Counted from the first letter of the stretch, positions 1-10,788 are shown. The stretch: DNA of 31,652 nt from a virus (IMGVR_UViG_3300039180_001171:1-31652); one strand, 5' to 3'. Notes: generated by a model from the letters alone, not told the origin. Made by a program: numbers and translations.

Positions 1-1
1 C

Positions 2-1069
2 GATTACTTCTGGTCTTCTGTCTTTATCACCGTTAGTTGAAAATGGTGATAACTGACTATGGATTGTACCACTTACATCAACTCGTCTTAATCTCATTGA
101 GAATGAACCGTAATCACTACCTGCTACCGTTCCTGCTGCTCTGATATTATCAATAGCTATTTTAAACTCAAAGTTAGTAGCTGATCCATGAGATCTTCTG
201 TGAATTTTAAATAAGTCAGTTGTTTTACCACCAATTTTCTGTGATGTTATAAATGGTGTTCTTGCTTCGTATTCATTTTTATTAGTTGAATATGCAGTTT
301 GCAATGTTAAAGTCTTACGACCTCTTGCAGTTACACTTGTAGTTTTCGCTTCTGATGCAACTGTAGAATTAGCTGCATTAGATCTAGATGATTCATTACC
401 AAAGAATACATAAGTATAAACTGGCTTGTTTCTATCTTTCGGTGTTTTACCAAATACCTTAGTTACATAGAATGCTGATGCAGGGTCTAGTGACATAGAG
501 TAGGCAGTTTCACCTACTTTAGAACCACCAATATGCTCTACACCTTTACCAACTGCTGAATCTATTGCGTGACCGGTAATACCGACAGAAAGATTTTTAT
601 CATTATCATAATCTGCATTAGACGCTGATAGGAAGAATACAAATCCTGATCCTGATACATCTGATTTTGAACCTGATCCAACTGTAAATTTAGCAGAATC
701 ATCTACCTGTGATGGATGGAATGCTGCTACTGTTTTAGATACCTTACTACCAATTGCACCTACATTTGCAGTTACAACAGATAAACCATTAGTAAGCGTA
801 TAACCTTCTAAGCCTAATACTCTTACAATAGTAACTCGACCAGCACTTTTTAAATACTGCTCTACTGTATACGGTAAATATGTTTCTTTAGATTTTGGGC
901 CGAAAACAGCTTCAAATTCTTTAAAAGATTCTATGATAGTTGGTTCAAATGCCGGACCTTTTACTGTTGGTCCGATCATTGCAGCTCCGATTGCTCCGAT
1001 AGCTGCTGGTAAGAAAGATAGATCTCTTTCTTTTGTAAATACACCTGGACTGACGATTTTTTCTGCCAT
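2..1069 (-). CDS. gp18: Contractile tail sheath protein (T4 gp18-like), 3'-truncated at window edge
   Basis: Not in the ORF track. Manual translation from ATG at 1069 gives MAEKIVSPGVFTKERDLSFLPAAIGAIGAAMIGPTVKGPAFEP, the classic sheath N-terminus (SPGV.T.E.D.S; .GPT.KGP). AGGAG lies 9 nt upstream. Confidence 0.92.
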   Translation of the reverse strand, partial: MAEKIVSPGVFTKERDLSFLPAAIGAIGAAMIGPTVKGPAFEPTIIESFKEFEAVFGPKSKETYLPYTVEQYLKSAGRVTIVRVLGLEGYTLTNGLSVVTANVGAIGSKVSKTVAAFHPSQVDDSAKFTVGSGSKSDVSGSGFVFFLSASNADYDNDKNLSVGITGHAIDSAVGKGVEHIGGSKVGETAYSMSLDPASAFYVTKVFGKTPKDRNKPVYTYVFFGNESSRSNAANSTVASEAKTTSVTARGRKTLTLQTAYSTNKNEYEARTPFITSQKIGGKTTDLFKIHRRSHGSATNFEFKIAIDNIRAAGTVAGSDYGSFSMRLRRVDVSGTIHSQLSPFSTNGDKDRRPEVI

Positions 1070-1092
1070 AATAAGCGACTCCTACTTTTAAT

Positions 1093-1371
1093 TTATGATT
1101 GGGCTGGTTTAAATTCCCCGGTTTGTGGATCTAATGTGCCAGCACCATACTTTTCGTTTAATTCTTTGACTAGTGCTCGTTCTTGCTGCTCTAAATCTAT
1201 AATTTCTTTTTTTAATGATACCTCAGCGCTGGTTGCTGTCTCTAATTGTCTTTCTAATTGAAATTTTTGAAAGCTTAATTGACCAAACACTGCTGTTTTT
1301 TGCTGATATTCCGTCTGTACCTCTTTAATCTTGATCATTTCTTCTTCTGTGAACTTGATTGATTCTTCCAT
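1093..1371 (-). CDS. Small coiled-coil hypothetical protein
   Basis: 92 aa, heptad-rich, C-terminal KYGAGTLDPQTGEF. Strong AAAGGAG SD and an upstream ATATTTAT motif. Confidence 0.75.
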   Translation of the reverse strand: MEESIKFTEEEMIKIKEVQTEYQQKTAVFGQLSFQKFQLERQLETATSAEVSLKKEIIDLEQQERALVKELNEKYGAGTLDPQTGEFKPAQS

Positions 1372-1425
1372 AACTAACTCCTTTTTAATGTGATTTATAC
1401 TTGCTACTTATTGATGTAGTCTTAA

Positions 1426-1433
1426 ATAAATAT
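1426..1433 (-). promoter_or_regulatory. Late-promoter-like motif ATATTTAT
   Basis: Intergenic, upstream of the 92-aa and sheath genes. One of nine copies. Confidence 0.55.
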
Positions 1434-1481
1434 CGTTCTACATACTCAAACACTCAATTTACAGCGTGGTAGATACGTATA

Positions 1482-1775
1482 CTAGTCTTCAGGAGGTATT
1501 GGGAGGATCTCATCTACATAATCTGGATCGGAAACTTTTATCCAATCACTTGACTTCATAATTAACTTTATTTCCCCTGAATTATACATAGTTAGTGATG
1601 AGATTAAAGCATTATAAATACCTTGACTATTAGACATTACCTTCATTACAACTTTAGTGTTATCTTTATTGTACTTAGCATGTGATAAAAATGTTTCACA
1701 TAGTTTATCAATATCTGATAGTTGATCAGATGTGTAGTCGGTTAAGGTGAGGATTATGTATTGTGTTATTTTCAT
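1482..1775 (-). CDS. Small hypothetical protein, possible partner/chaperone of the upstream LamG protein
   Basis: 97 aa ORF directly after the 691-aa gene, in the same position as the 70-aa gene after the other LamG protein. Confidence 0.6.
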   Translation of the reverse strand: MKITQYIILTLTDYTSDQLSDIDKLCETFLSHAKYNKDNTKVVMKVMSNSQGIYNALISSLTMYNSGEIKLIMKSSDWIKVSDPDYVDEILPIPPED

Positions 1776-1797
1776 ATTCTGTTAGTTATGGTATAGA

Positions 1798-3873
1798 TTA
1801 AAAAGCTCTGATGGCGCGTACGTAGAGTGATGTGTCTTTAGCCTGTGTAGTACCTCCAATGTGGTCAAACGTAATTGAATATCCGTTCGCATAGTATTGT
1901 GTAGAGGACCAGTAATATTCAGTAGTAGCGTCAGCAAAATTCCCAACATTCCCTAGTGATGACACTGAACCGATTTTAGCACTCATCTCATTTAACTCTA
2001 AGAAGGAAGGTAAAAACCAATCACTATAACCATTTAGCGTTAAATCTGCACATAATTTTGCGGCTATACCTGAGGTGGAACAAGCTGCTAGTATATCTAA
2101 TGTGTTCTGTTGACCATCCCCTATATTCATACCACCTATATTTGTTGATCCGACAGAGGTTCCTACACAACCCCATTCTGCTCCAGTTGATTGATCTGAT
2201 GCAGCTGCTGCTAAACCTCCTCCATTACCGTCTAAATAGAATATGATACCACCTTGATTAGTATCACCGATTGCATATGGAAATGGTTTAGCTGATTCAC
2301 CTATCCAGAGACCACCGTTGTTTAAAGCTGGTTTAGTTATAGCTGGCACATAGTGAGTAGAGTGGTGCCATGCTGTGTAATTTGCAGGTGTTACACCATC
2401 AACTGGATATGCGTTTGATCCTGAGCGGTAGTACCCTTGTTTACGATCTCCGTTAGTGACATCTTCATTAAATTCAGATAGTCTATTAGAGGTACTCTGT
2501 AATGTACTGTCTAGATTACCAGCTACATTAGGTCCTTGAAATCTCCAAACCCCGTGTAATCTATCTATACCTCCAACAAATACTAAAGGAGCTGCAGCTC
2601 CTGATCCGTCATTTACATAGCCTGCGAATGTAGTAGAATTATACACGATCCTAGTATTACCGTGAGCTCCACCAGCTGCTTGTGTTAGAATTACATGAGT
2701 GTTACTACTAGCGTTTGTAGCTACTATACCTGATTGATTAGCGTTGATTGCTGCTGAAAGGTTTGTATGTGTTATTGTAGCTGAAAAGGTGTTACCACCA
2801 CTATCATATAAAACCTGAATCTTACCATCACTTCGAACTGCACCGTTTGCATAACCTGATGCGTAGCTAGTTAAAGCAAATATGTATACCTTAGTTATAC
2901 CTTGTAAATCAGTAAAACTTATTGTACCATTTTGAAAATCATTAGTAAACTTAATAGTTTGAGTAGCGTGTACGTCTTCACCTTTATCATATTGACCTGT
3001 ACCTGATCCTTGATTAGTATGATAGTTAGTCCATGGTGTACCATTATTATATAACCCTACTGCATCATCTACATCTAATAACGTGTTAGACCAGAAGGCG
3101 CTTCGATGTATATCCATAGCAAGGTAACTATCTTGATTCCGTCCTAAAGCTACAGGTGCACCTAGTTCATAGAGTCCAGTGTAATTATTTACATCACCTG
3201 TAGAGTACCCTCCTGGGAATGTATCAGTAGTTGGAGCATACGGGTAATAGTAAACTCTTGCAAGAGTAGCAGTACCTGTTTGTTCACCTGTTGATGTGCC
3301 TACAGGGTAAAAAGTTGATAGTGTTTGTGAGACACCATTAATATATATACCGATTCCTTTGTCTGCAGTGTCGTTTCCATCGTAAGTTGCTACAACGTGG
3401 TACCATGTATCAGATTCTATAGGAGTATGCCCATACCTAATTAGTCTATTACTAACAGCTTTAACTCCTCGCAGTCCCCAACCAGAAGCTATCCTTAAGT
3501 AACCGGTACTATCGCTTATTAATCCACAAAATGGTCCGTTATAATATCCTGAATCGGATAGTGATGTGTTATCTGTTCCTTTAGCTGAATACATCTTCAT
3601 AATGAAATACTCCATATCATTACCAGAGGTATTATGATGTGCGATTATTTCGCTTTTAGTGGTACTATCAAATCTGACCCAGAAGTCCCATGAGCATGGA
3701 GCTTGAGTTGTTGATGATGTAGTTTTAGAAGAGTTCCTTAATGCGATACGAAATGCAAGTGCTTCATAGCCTTGGAGATCAATAAAATCAGAAACACCAT
3801 CAAGTCGTAGTGATTTACCACGAAATGCAGGTGATTTTCTGGTTGCTAATGCGGTGAATGATCTATAAGCCAT
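1798..3873 (-). CDS. LamG/concanavalin-like virion protein with C-terminal DUF1566/Lcl (C-type-lectin fold)-like domain; putative receptor-binding protein
   Basis: LamG motifs SLRLDGVSDFIDL, WDFWVR, WYHVVATYDG, IYING. C-terminal YAIGD..GGIIFY..GYSDWFLPS..EL..YWSST..VRAIRAF is typical of DUF1566. GAGGT SD. Confidence 0.75.
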   Translation of the reverse strand: MAYRSFTALATRKSPAFRGKSLRLDGVSDFIDLQGYEALAFRIALRNSSKTTSSTTQAPCSWDFWVRFDSTTKSEIIAHHNTSGNDMEYFIMKMYSAKGTDNTSLSDSGYYNGPFCGLISDSTGYLRIASGWGLRGVKAVSNRLIRYGHTPIESDTWYHVVATYDGNDTADKGIGIYINGVSQTLSTFYPVGTSTGEQTGTATLARVYYYPYAPTTDTFPGGYSTGDVNNYTGLYELGAPVALGRNQDSYLAMDIHRSAFWSNTLLDVDDAVGLYNNGTPWTNYHTNQGSGTGQYDKGEDVHATQTIKFTNDFQNGTISFTDLQGITKVYIFALTSYASGYANGAVRSDGKIQVLYDSGGNTFSATITHTNLSAAINANQSGIVATNASSNTHVILTQAAGGAHGNTRIVYNSTTFAGYVNDGSGAAAPLVFVGGIDRLHGVWRFQGPNVAGNLDSTLQSTSNRLSEFNEDVTNGDRKQGYYRSGSNAYPVDGVTPANYTAWHHSTHYVPAITKPALNNGGLWIGESAKPFPYAIGDTNQGGIIFYLDGNGGGLAAAASDQSTGAEWGCVGTSVGSTNIGGMNIGDGQQNTLDILAACSTSGIAAKLCADLTLNGYSDWFLPSFLELNEMSAKIGSVSSLGNVGNFADATTEYYWSSTQYYANGYSITFDHIGGTTQAKDTSLYVRAIRAF

Positions 3874-3885
3874 AATTACCTCTTA

Positions 3886-6800
3886 TTACCAAGATGCTTC
3901 TGCTACTACATGTTCACGATATTGAATTGATATTCCTAATAGGTGTGCGTCACCTGTATATGTGTCAGTAGTATTTCTTGCAATTTGGAAATTGATTAGA
4001 TCAAATGCTGTAGGTGTATTCTGCACTGTGATTGCTGATGTTGGTCCTGAAATTATTAAGAACTCATCATCTGCTGATGCTGGGGTAGTATTTACTTGGT
4101 ATATGTTACTAAATACACTATTCAATACTTCATTAGTACTAGTAGCTGCTGCTGATATGTTGAATTTTACTGTATTAGTTGTAGCTGTATTTGTCATGAA
4201 GTAGAATTTAGCTTTTATTGTACCTAAGTCCCACTCTCCTGGCATTGTAATTTGGAAGTTAGCTGCTTCATTTGTTGCACCATCAAATGCAAGATAATCC
4301 ACTGTTGGATATGTTTGATCTCCAGATGCGTTTCCAGGGCGCTCTTCTGTAGATGTAGATGCACCGTTAGTTATTGATGGTGTCATACCAGCTGCTGCTA
4401 TATAGAATGATCTGTAGTTTCGGGATGCAATTGATCCTGATATACTTATATCTCCTGTACCATCTACACCATGCCCTAAATGTAAATCACCGGAAGCTGA
4501 TACTGTTCCGTATACTTGTAATGCTTCTGTAGGGTTGAGGGTAGCTGAATTAGTACCTATACCTGTATACGATTGACCGACAGATAATACATTACTATTA
4601 TCTATACCTACTCTAATTTGTCTATTTGTTTGATCGAATGTAATAACATCATCTTCATCTACATCTCCAATACTACTACCATCACCTAAATTAATATTGA
4701 CCCCTACAGTCAAGTCACTTTTTACATATAGATTTCCTTGTGTTCCTATATTTCCACTTGCAGTTATATTACCTGAGGCAGAAATATGACCTGATGTGTA
4801 TATTTCTTTACTTGCACTGATGAAGCTTCCTGATATACCAAATGTTGAGTAGATGTTACTTGCACTTATATTACCTGATGCTGTTATATGTTGTGCTATG
4901 ATGTATCCACTTGAACTTATATTACCTGAAGCAGTTACATGACCAGATATAATAGCTCTGTTTGCTATGATATATCCACTTGAGCTTATATTACCTGAAG
5001 CGGTTATATGACCTGCTGTATATATTTCTTTACTTGCACTTATATAACTTCCGCTTATTCCATTCTCTACATGTAAAGAGCTTCCACTATATTCACCAGC
5101 AGTCCAAAATCCTTTACTCGCACTTATGAAACTACCTGATATGTCGCCTAGAATTGTTAAATGATTTGTAAGCGTCATACTAGATGCTGAAATGTGACCT
5201 CCCCCATCAGCTCCACTCGAACCACTCATCCATAAATTTGAACCTGTTATGTTTCCATAAACTGTAACTGGTTGATCGTTTTGACCAGCTATACCTAATG
5301 TAGTTGAAGCTCCTATTACTGATAATCCTTGCCCTCCTACTATTTCATGATTATGGATTTCTACAGTGTGTGCATATACATACCCAAATGAACCAGTACC
5401 ATTTCCTAGCCCTGATCCTGTTACTATTAAATTATTGAAGCTTGCGCTTGTTCCAGCAAAATGACTTGAAGATATGTACCCACTTGCACTTATATTACCA
5501 GATGCAGTTACATGACCTGCTGGTCCATTAATAGTTACTGTATTTCCACCGAATTGTGTTACACCTCCGAGTACATGAGTACCTGTTATTAGACTTGCAC
5601 TTATATTATGTGATGCTGTTATATGTCCTTCAAATGTATGTGTATCTGTTATTGCATTACCTAATACAGTATCACCACCTACTGTAGTATTACCATCTAC
5701 AGTTAAATCAGTTGTAAAGTGCCCATCACCTGTTACATGCAATTTCTTGGTAGGATTATTCATCCCTATACCTACCATATCATTACTGCCTAATACATAT
5801 ATTGCATTATCATCATTAGTTGTTTTTACTTGGAAATCTACATCACCTCCGTCACCTACTGTTACAATATCACCAGTACCGGATGTTCCATCAAGTGTTA
5901 ACAGTAATTCGTTTCCGGCATGTAGATTAATTTTATCAGTTAAAAATTCAAGATTTGTATTTGGATTATCATTATGATGTATATAGTGACTGACACCCAT
6001 ATCACCAACTACATCAAGTGCATAGTCAGGTATCATTGTGTTAATACCCACTTTAGCATTATTTACACCATCTGATACACCTGAAGCGTTTTGTCTTCCC
6101 ATAAAGTAGTGAAATCCAGATCCTGTTATTCGGAATGAACCGGTCATCATCTGCATGTCATCATTAGAGTTACCCATGTTATTAGAACCTGATGAGAATG
6201 CAATAGATGCAGAAACGAATTCTGTATGAAATTCCTGTGCAACAATTATATCTGATACAAACAGGTTACCTGTTATATACATATTTCCGCGGAAATTAGT
6301 TGTACCAGATACTTCTAAAGCTCGCATCTCTCTAAAATGCTCACTATTTAATGTACCAGACATTACTGTGGTACCGATAGTTTTTAATGTATGCCCTTCG
6401 TGCCCTAAGCCATTAGTAGCTGAACCTGAGAATTGAGCTGATCCAGTAACGTTTAATGTACCTGATACTTCAAGTATAGCATTAGGGGCAGTTACACCAC
6501 CTATTCCTACTTTAAATCTTGTACCTGTTTGACCACCTAATACCATTGAATCAGCTTGAGTGACAGATGCTTGTGTTCCTATTGCGTATGCATTAGATAA
6601 TGCTGCTGCAGCTGTTGATCCTGATCCTATTAAAATATTGTTTGTATTTGTTGTTACTACGTTACCTGCATCTGAACCAACTATAATATTATCTTTACCT
6701 GTTGTTATCTTAGCAGATGATGATACACCTAGTATAACATTTCGTACAGCTAACCCAGTTGCTTCCTGTGCTGCATGATGTCCAATAATTACATTTTGTT

Positions 6801-9336
6801 TAAGTGTTGTAGCGTTGGCAGCTGCATTTGTTCCTATTAATATATTATCATTACCTGATAAATCGCCATCAAATCCAGCTTGATACCCGATCGCTATATT
6901 CCCTGCACCGTCAATAGCATCTCGTAGAGCGCGGTAACCTATACCTATATTGTAGTTAGAATCTTGTGCAGAGTTTAATGCTAATACCCCTAATGCTATG
7001 TTTGCATCACCTGTTACTGTTCCTGAAGACAATGCTTGCTCACCTATTGCAATATTTTTATTACCCACTGTTACTCCGTCAGCAGCTAGATAACCGATTG
7101 CAATATTATTAGCTCCACCTGTTAACGCATCTAATGCTGATGAACCGATTCCGATATTACGTATTCCTGTAACTAACCCGGTTGCTATTGCTCGTTTTCC
7201 GATAGCAATATTTTCATCAGCATCAGCTTGTGATCCCATAAATGCTTCAGAACCGATCGCTATATTATATTCTTGAGTAGTTGAGCCTTTACCTGTTCCT
7301 GATCCTAAATAAATATTTTGTGTACCTGAACTTAAGGATAACCCTGCTTGATGCCCTATACCTATATTTTGATTCCCTGTAGTTGTTCCACCGCCTATTG
7401 CAGCTTGACCTATTGCGATTGTATTTTGTGCTATTGTTAAATTTAATCCTGCATTTGTACCGATTGCTACATTATTAACTCCTGTTGTTAAATCTTCTAG
7501 AGCTAAAGTACCAAGTGCAATATTGTCATTTCCTGTGACAGTACCAGTCTTTATTACTTCATAACCTAACGCAATATTTCGTTGACCTGTATGTGTACCT
7601 AATTTCATTGCTGATGTACCTATTGCGATATTATCATGTGATGCGATTGCAGTGTATAAGGCGCTTCCACCAATTGCAATATTCCGCGCTCCTGTTTCTT
7701 GTAACGTTCCAGCTTGTGTTCCTATGAAGAGATTGTACCCACCTGTAGTGATTGCTGCTCCAGCTAGTGCTCCAATTGCTATTGTATAATCAGCTGTTTC
7801 AATATCAGCTAATACTTGATACCCTATACCTATGTTTGAAATAGCTGATGTGGAGATTCCGTTGTTTCCAGCTTGATATCCGAAGAAGTAACTTGTAGAT
7901 TGTCCTGAGCCGGAGACATGTATCATTTTTTGATTGTTGAAATGTATACCGTTTATTCCATCTGAATCATGGAATGTTCCAGCATTTATATCTATGGTTC
8001 TACCTTGAACTATATTTAACGATCCACTTATCTGTACTTGCTGTGGATAATCGTATAGATTAGCACTGGGGATATTGAATCCAGCACGACCTCTATTATT
8101 TAATCTCAGTGCTTCTGTAAATGTACTGTTTGCACCGAATGTATTTTTTATATCTCTAGAATTTCTAGTTCTAAATACTAATGATTCACTTAGTTGATTA
8201 TTAGCTCCTGTCGAGCTAGAGGCTGCAGCTATTTCCCAAACACCTTGTCCAGATTCTAAATACAGTGATGCAGAAGTTGTAGAGGTTGCAGATTCTATTT
8301 TTACTCTTGCATTTGTTGATGAACTTACTACTAGATTTTCATCTACTTTTGAATTCGATCCAGATGGTACTCCTATACCTACATTATACTTATCATTGGT
8401 AGAGAAGAATACTGATTGTGATATTGATGATATAACAAATACATCATCACCTTGCTCTTTATCACGGAACCTAACTACATCACTTGCTGATACATGAGCT
8501 ATATTAGGGGAGCCAAATGTACCATATATTAGCTTACTACTTTTATGTTGTAAACCATCATGACCTGGATCATCCATTCGTAATAAGTGTGTAAATTGAA
8601 CTGGATTATCTTGACCAGCTTCAGTAAATGCTCCCGCTTTATTACTACCCGTTGTACCTATACCAACTCCGTTTAAGAAATACACATCTGATCCTGACTG
8701 AAATATACTACCTGTTACTGTCATTGTATCACTAAAGTCGTTACCAAATTTAGTTGAACCACTTGTGTATATTATTGATGAAGATACATGCTCTGAATGA
8801 AATTCTTGAGCGAATACTGTATCTTGCACTATCAGTGATCCAGAAATTACCATATTCCCGTATACATCTAATGCTGCATTTTGCCCTCCAAATCGAGGTA
8901 CATTATATTGACCACGCACCATACCACGTGTTACTTTTGCTGGTTTTTGATCTTCTATAACAGGATTATCTAAATAAATAAATTTAGCTTGACCTATACT
9001 CCTAAATGAACCTTGACAAGAACCACTTACAGTAACTGAACCTGTTATCCAGGTATTTCCAACCACTTTAACAGTATCTGTACCGCAATTATCTCCTAAA
9101 ACGGTTGATCCAGAAACGGATAGATGTGTATCAACTTGCACTTTAGAGGCTGTTAGATGTGCTAGATCTGTAATATTAGTGATTGATGCTTTACTAGCTG
9201 TAATTCTAGTAACATCAATGCTCTCAACCCTTGAACCTGTACCATCATACAACCGTGATGTTCCTCCATCATGTTGTACAATACCGGTGTATGTATTTTT
9301 TACTTTTTTACTGCTTAAATCGCCTGGTTGCGCCAT
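3886..9336 (-). CDS. Large tail/head fibre-like structural protein with beta-roll (NxAIG) and ASGNISAS repeats
   Basis: 1816 aa, G/S/T/N-rich. Tandem NIAIG/NIGIG repeats resembling YadA-head beta-rolls, VGIG...P...LHV.G fibre motifs, HITASGNISASG repeats. Confidence 0.75.
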   Translation of the reverse strand: MAQPGDLSSKKVKNTYTGIVQHDGGTSRLYDGTGSRVESIDVTRITASKASITNITDLAHLTASKVQVDTHLSVSGSTVLGDNCGTDTVKVVGNTWITGSVTVSGSCQGSFRSIGQAKFIYLDNPVIEDQKPAKVTRGMVRGQYNVPRFGGQNAALDVYGNMVISGSLIVQDTVFAQEFHSEHVSSSIIYTSGSTKFGNDFSDTMTVTGSIFQSGSDVYFLNGVGIGTTGSNKAGAFTEAGQDNPVQFTHLLRMDDPGHDGLQHKSSKLIYGTFGSPNIAHVSASDVVRFRDKEQGDDVFVISSISQSVFFSTNDKYNVGIGVPSGSNSKVDENLVVSSSTNARVKIESATSTTSASLYLESGQGVWEIAAASSSTGANNQLSESLVFRTRNSRDIKNTFGANSTFTEALRLNNRGRAGFNIPSANLYDYPQQVQISGSLNIVQGRTIDINAGTFHDSDGINGIHFNNQKMIHVSGSGQSTSYFFGYQAGNNGISTSAISNIGIGYQVLADIETADYTIAIGALAGAAITTGGYNLFIGTQAGTLQETGARNIAIGGSALYTAIASHDNIAIGTSAMKLGTHTGQRNIALGYEVIKTGTVTGNDNIALGTLALEDLTTGVNNVAIGTNAGLNLTIAQNTIAIGQAAIGGGTTTGNQNIGIGHQAGLSLSSGTQNIYLGSGTGKGSTTQEYNIAIGSEAFMGSQADADENIAIGKRAIATGLVTGIRNIGIGSSALDALTGGANNIAIGYLAADGVTVGNKNIAIGEQALSSGTVTGDANIALGVLALNSAQDSNYNIGIGYRALRDAIDGAGNIAIGYQAGFDGDLSGNDNILIGTNAAANATTLKQNVIIGHHAAQEATGLAVRNVILGVSSSAKITTGKDNIIVGSDAGNVVTTNTNNILIGSGSTAAAALSNAYAIGTQASVTQADSMVLGGQTGTRFKVGIGGVTAPNAILEVSGTLNVTGSAQFSGSATNGLGHEGHTLKTIGTTVMSGTLNSEHFREMRALEVSGTTNFRGNMYITGNLFVSDIIVAQEFHTEFVSASIAFSSGSNNMGNSNDDMQMMTGSFRITGSGFHYFMGRQNASGVSDGVNNAKVGINTMIPDYALDVVGDMGVSHYIHHNDNPNTNLEFLTDKINLHAGNELLLTLDGTSGTGDIVTVGDGGDVDFQVKTTNDDNAIYVLGSNDMVGIGMNNPTKKLHVTGDGHFTTDLTVDGNTTVGGDTVLGNAITDTHTFEGHITASHNISASLITGTHVLGGVTQFGGNTVTINGPAGHVTASGNISASGYISSSHFAGTSASFNNLIVTGSGLGNGTGSFGYVYAHTVEIHNHEIVGGQGLSVIGASTTLGIAGQNDQPVTVYGNITGSNLWMSGSSGADGGGHISASSMTLTNHLTILGDISGSFISASKGFWTAGEYSGSSLHVENGISGSYISASKEIYTAGHITASGNISSSGYIIANRAIISGHVTASGNISSSGYIIAQHITASGNISASNIYSTFGISGSFISASKEIYTSGHISASGNITASGNIGTQGNLYVKSDLTVGVNINLGDGSSIGDVDEDDVITFDQTNRQIRVGIDNSNVLSVGQSYTGIGTNSATLNPTEALQVYGTVSASGDLHLGHGVDGTGDISISGSIASRNYRSFYIAAAGMTPSITNGASTSTEERPGNASGDQTYPTVDYLAFDGATNEAANFQITMPGEWDLGTIKAKFYFMTNTATTNTVKFNISAAATSTNEVLNSVFSNIYQVNTTPASADDEFLIISGPTSAITVQNTPTAFDLINFQIARNTTDTYTGDAHLLGISIQYREHVVAEASW
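4750..5620 (-). repeat. Intragenic tandem peptide repeats (GH[IV]TASGNIS[AS]SG / ISGS[FY]ISASK)
   Basis: Multiple copies visible in the translation and as recurring + strand cacttatattacc[at]ga-like strings. Boundaries approximate. Confidence 0.75.
6570..7840 (-). repeat. Array of ~14-15-aa NxAIG beta-roll repeats
   Basis: Regularly spaced NIAIG/NIGIG/NIALG/NVAIG/NILIG motifs. Boundaries approximate. Confidence 0.75.
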
Positions 9337-9360
9337 AGTATTCCCTAGTAGTATCTATCC

Positions 9361-9372
9361 TATATAAATATG
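9361..9372 (-). promoter_or_regulatory. Late-promoter-like motif CATATTTATATA
   Basis: Intergenic, 25 nt upstream of the 1816-aa gene. Confidence 0.62.
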
Positions 9373-9403
9373 TATATTATAGAAAATCACGTATATTATA
9401 TTA

Positions 9404-10261
9404 TTATATATCACTCACTGTCCTTGTTCCAAATTTTATATTATATGATGTAATGTTTCTACCTGTTGATGGTTGCATATCGACATCTTTAGATATTAAC
9501 CCTGCTTTTACGTTCAAATCTATAGTACTCGTTACTAACCTATCTCCATCAGATGGGACTGATGTGTTAAGATCTGATGATCCGTAACTTGACATAAATT
9601 TATACTCCATTCCCCATGCTTTACCTTGATGATCCCAGAATGCTTCACTTATACCATTTATTTGATCAACATAGTCACAGAATATCTGAATGCTGTAACT
9701 GATGTCTACAAATGTTGGTACTACCATTGAATACCGTTCACGTATAGGTTGTTGGTTCTGTAATGTAGAGAACTTATCGTATTTGTTAAGTTGAGTATAT
9801 CTATTGATAAAATGATCCATCATCTGACGCTCTTGACCACCAAATACATTTAGTTTATCTAACTCACTATTTTTTGCAACGTTTGTTCTACTGTATACTA
9901 TTAATGGGAAATTACTTTTTGATTTTCCATCCCGTAAAGCAGCTAACTTTTGCATTGAAGTCCATTTCTCAGGAGAACCGTATTGAACAGGTACAGGTAC
10001 GGTGCGACCATTCTCTATTATAACTGGTTTAATAACTTGCTCAATATACCGTTTTATTGCAAAATCTACATCATAAAGGGTTATGCTCAAACCTTTTACA
10101 GTATCAGTGTCTCTCCTGATCTGCGACTCTCTCTTCACTAAACGGGTCCTAGTATCAGGAGCCTTTTTAAATGCATTAGATGTAGGTTCTGCGTTTTCTA
10201 ACGGATTGAATGCAGCTGGATGGAATCTATTTAATGTTGCTATTGGTGTCTGTCTACTCAT
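9404..10261 (-). CDS. Tail completion / sheath stabiliser (T4 gp15-like)
   Basis: VPVQYGSPEKW and downstream P..V.ISY.I.I motifs resemble gp15. Follows the two neck genes. Confidence 0.6.
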   Translation of the reverse strand: MSRQTPIATLNRFHPAAFNPLENAEPTSNAFKKAPDTRTRLVKRESQIRRDTDTVKGLSITLYDVDFAIKRYIEQVIKPVIIENGRTVPVPVQYGSPEKWTSMQKLAALRDGKSKSNFPLIVYSRTNVAKNSELDKLNVFGGQERQMMDHFINRYTQLNKYDKFSTLQNQQPIRERYSMVVPTFVDISYSIQIFCDYVDQINGISEAFWDHQGKAWGMEYKFMSSYGSSDLNTSVPSDGDRLVTSTIDLNVKAGLISKDVDMQPSTGRNITSYNIKFGTRTVSDI

Positions 10262-10263
10262 AC

Positions 10264-10788
10264 TTATATTCCCTTAGGAAAGTTATAGTCTTGAGTATCA
10301 GTTCCATACCTTACATCTTCTATATTAAGTCTACTCATTCTCGTCATATGTGATGTACATATAATGGAGTGAGATGTCCCGTGCATATTACCTGCAAGAG
10401 AGTAATCAGGATCCTTACCTCCCCATATTTGATTATCAACCATTGAATCAATCTCAAAATATGCCTTGTCCCATTCTATAATATCACCTACTTCTGGTAT
10501 GAGAGATAATGCAGTGAATTCTTTCCGAAGGAATGAAAACGTCGCTATTTGTTGCAAATCTACTCCATAAGCTTCTTCAACATAATTTTGATTACTCCTA
10601 TCTACTAATGTAGGTAGTTTAACTCCTGCATAGTATCGCTTATCTGTACCCTCTCCATACACATTATCACCTGTTTCATCAAGTATAAGTTTATAAAAAT
10701 ATACCTCGCTTTGAATAACACTGTTAATCAACTCTTCATTTAATTTTTCAAATAAACTTATGTCTCTAGCTCCTGCAAATAATGGCAT
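10264..10788 (-). CDS. Neck / head-closure protein (T4 gp14-like)
   Basis: NVYGE, YGVD, PEVGDIIEW..YFEI motifs. Directly downstream of the gp13-like gene. Confidence 0.65.
   Translation of the reverse strand: MPLFAGARDISLFEKLNEELINSVIQSEVYFYKLILDETGDNVYGEGTDKRYYAGVKLPTLVDRSNQNYVEEAYGVDLQQIATFSFLRKEFTALSLIPEVGDIIEWDKAYFEIDSMVDNQIWGGKDPDYSLAGNMHGTSHSIICTSHMTRMSRLNIEDVRYGTDTQDYNFPKGI

Noticed and set aside
1372-1481. Intergenic gap as a possible DGR template repeat
   Set aside because: No similarity to the 3' end of the DUF1566-like gene; explained by the promoter motif and leader.
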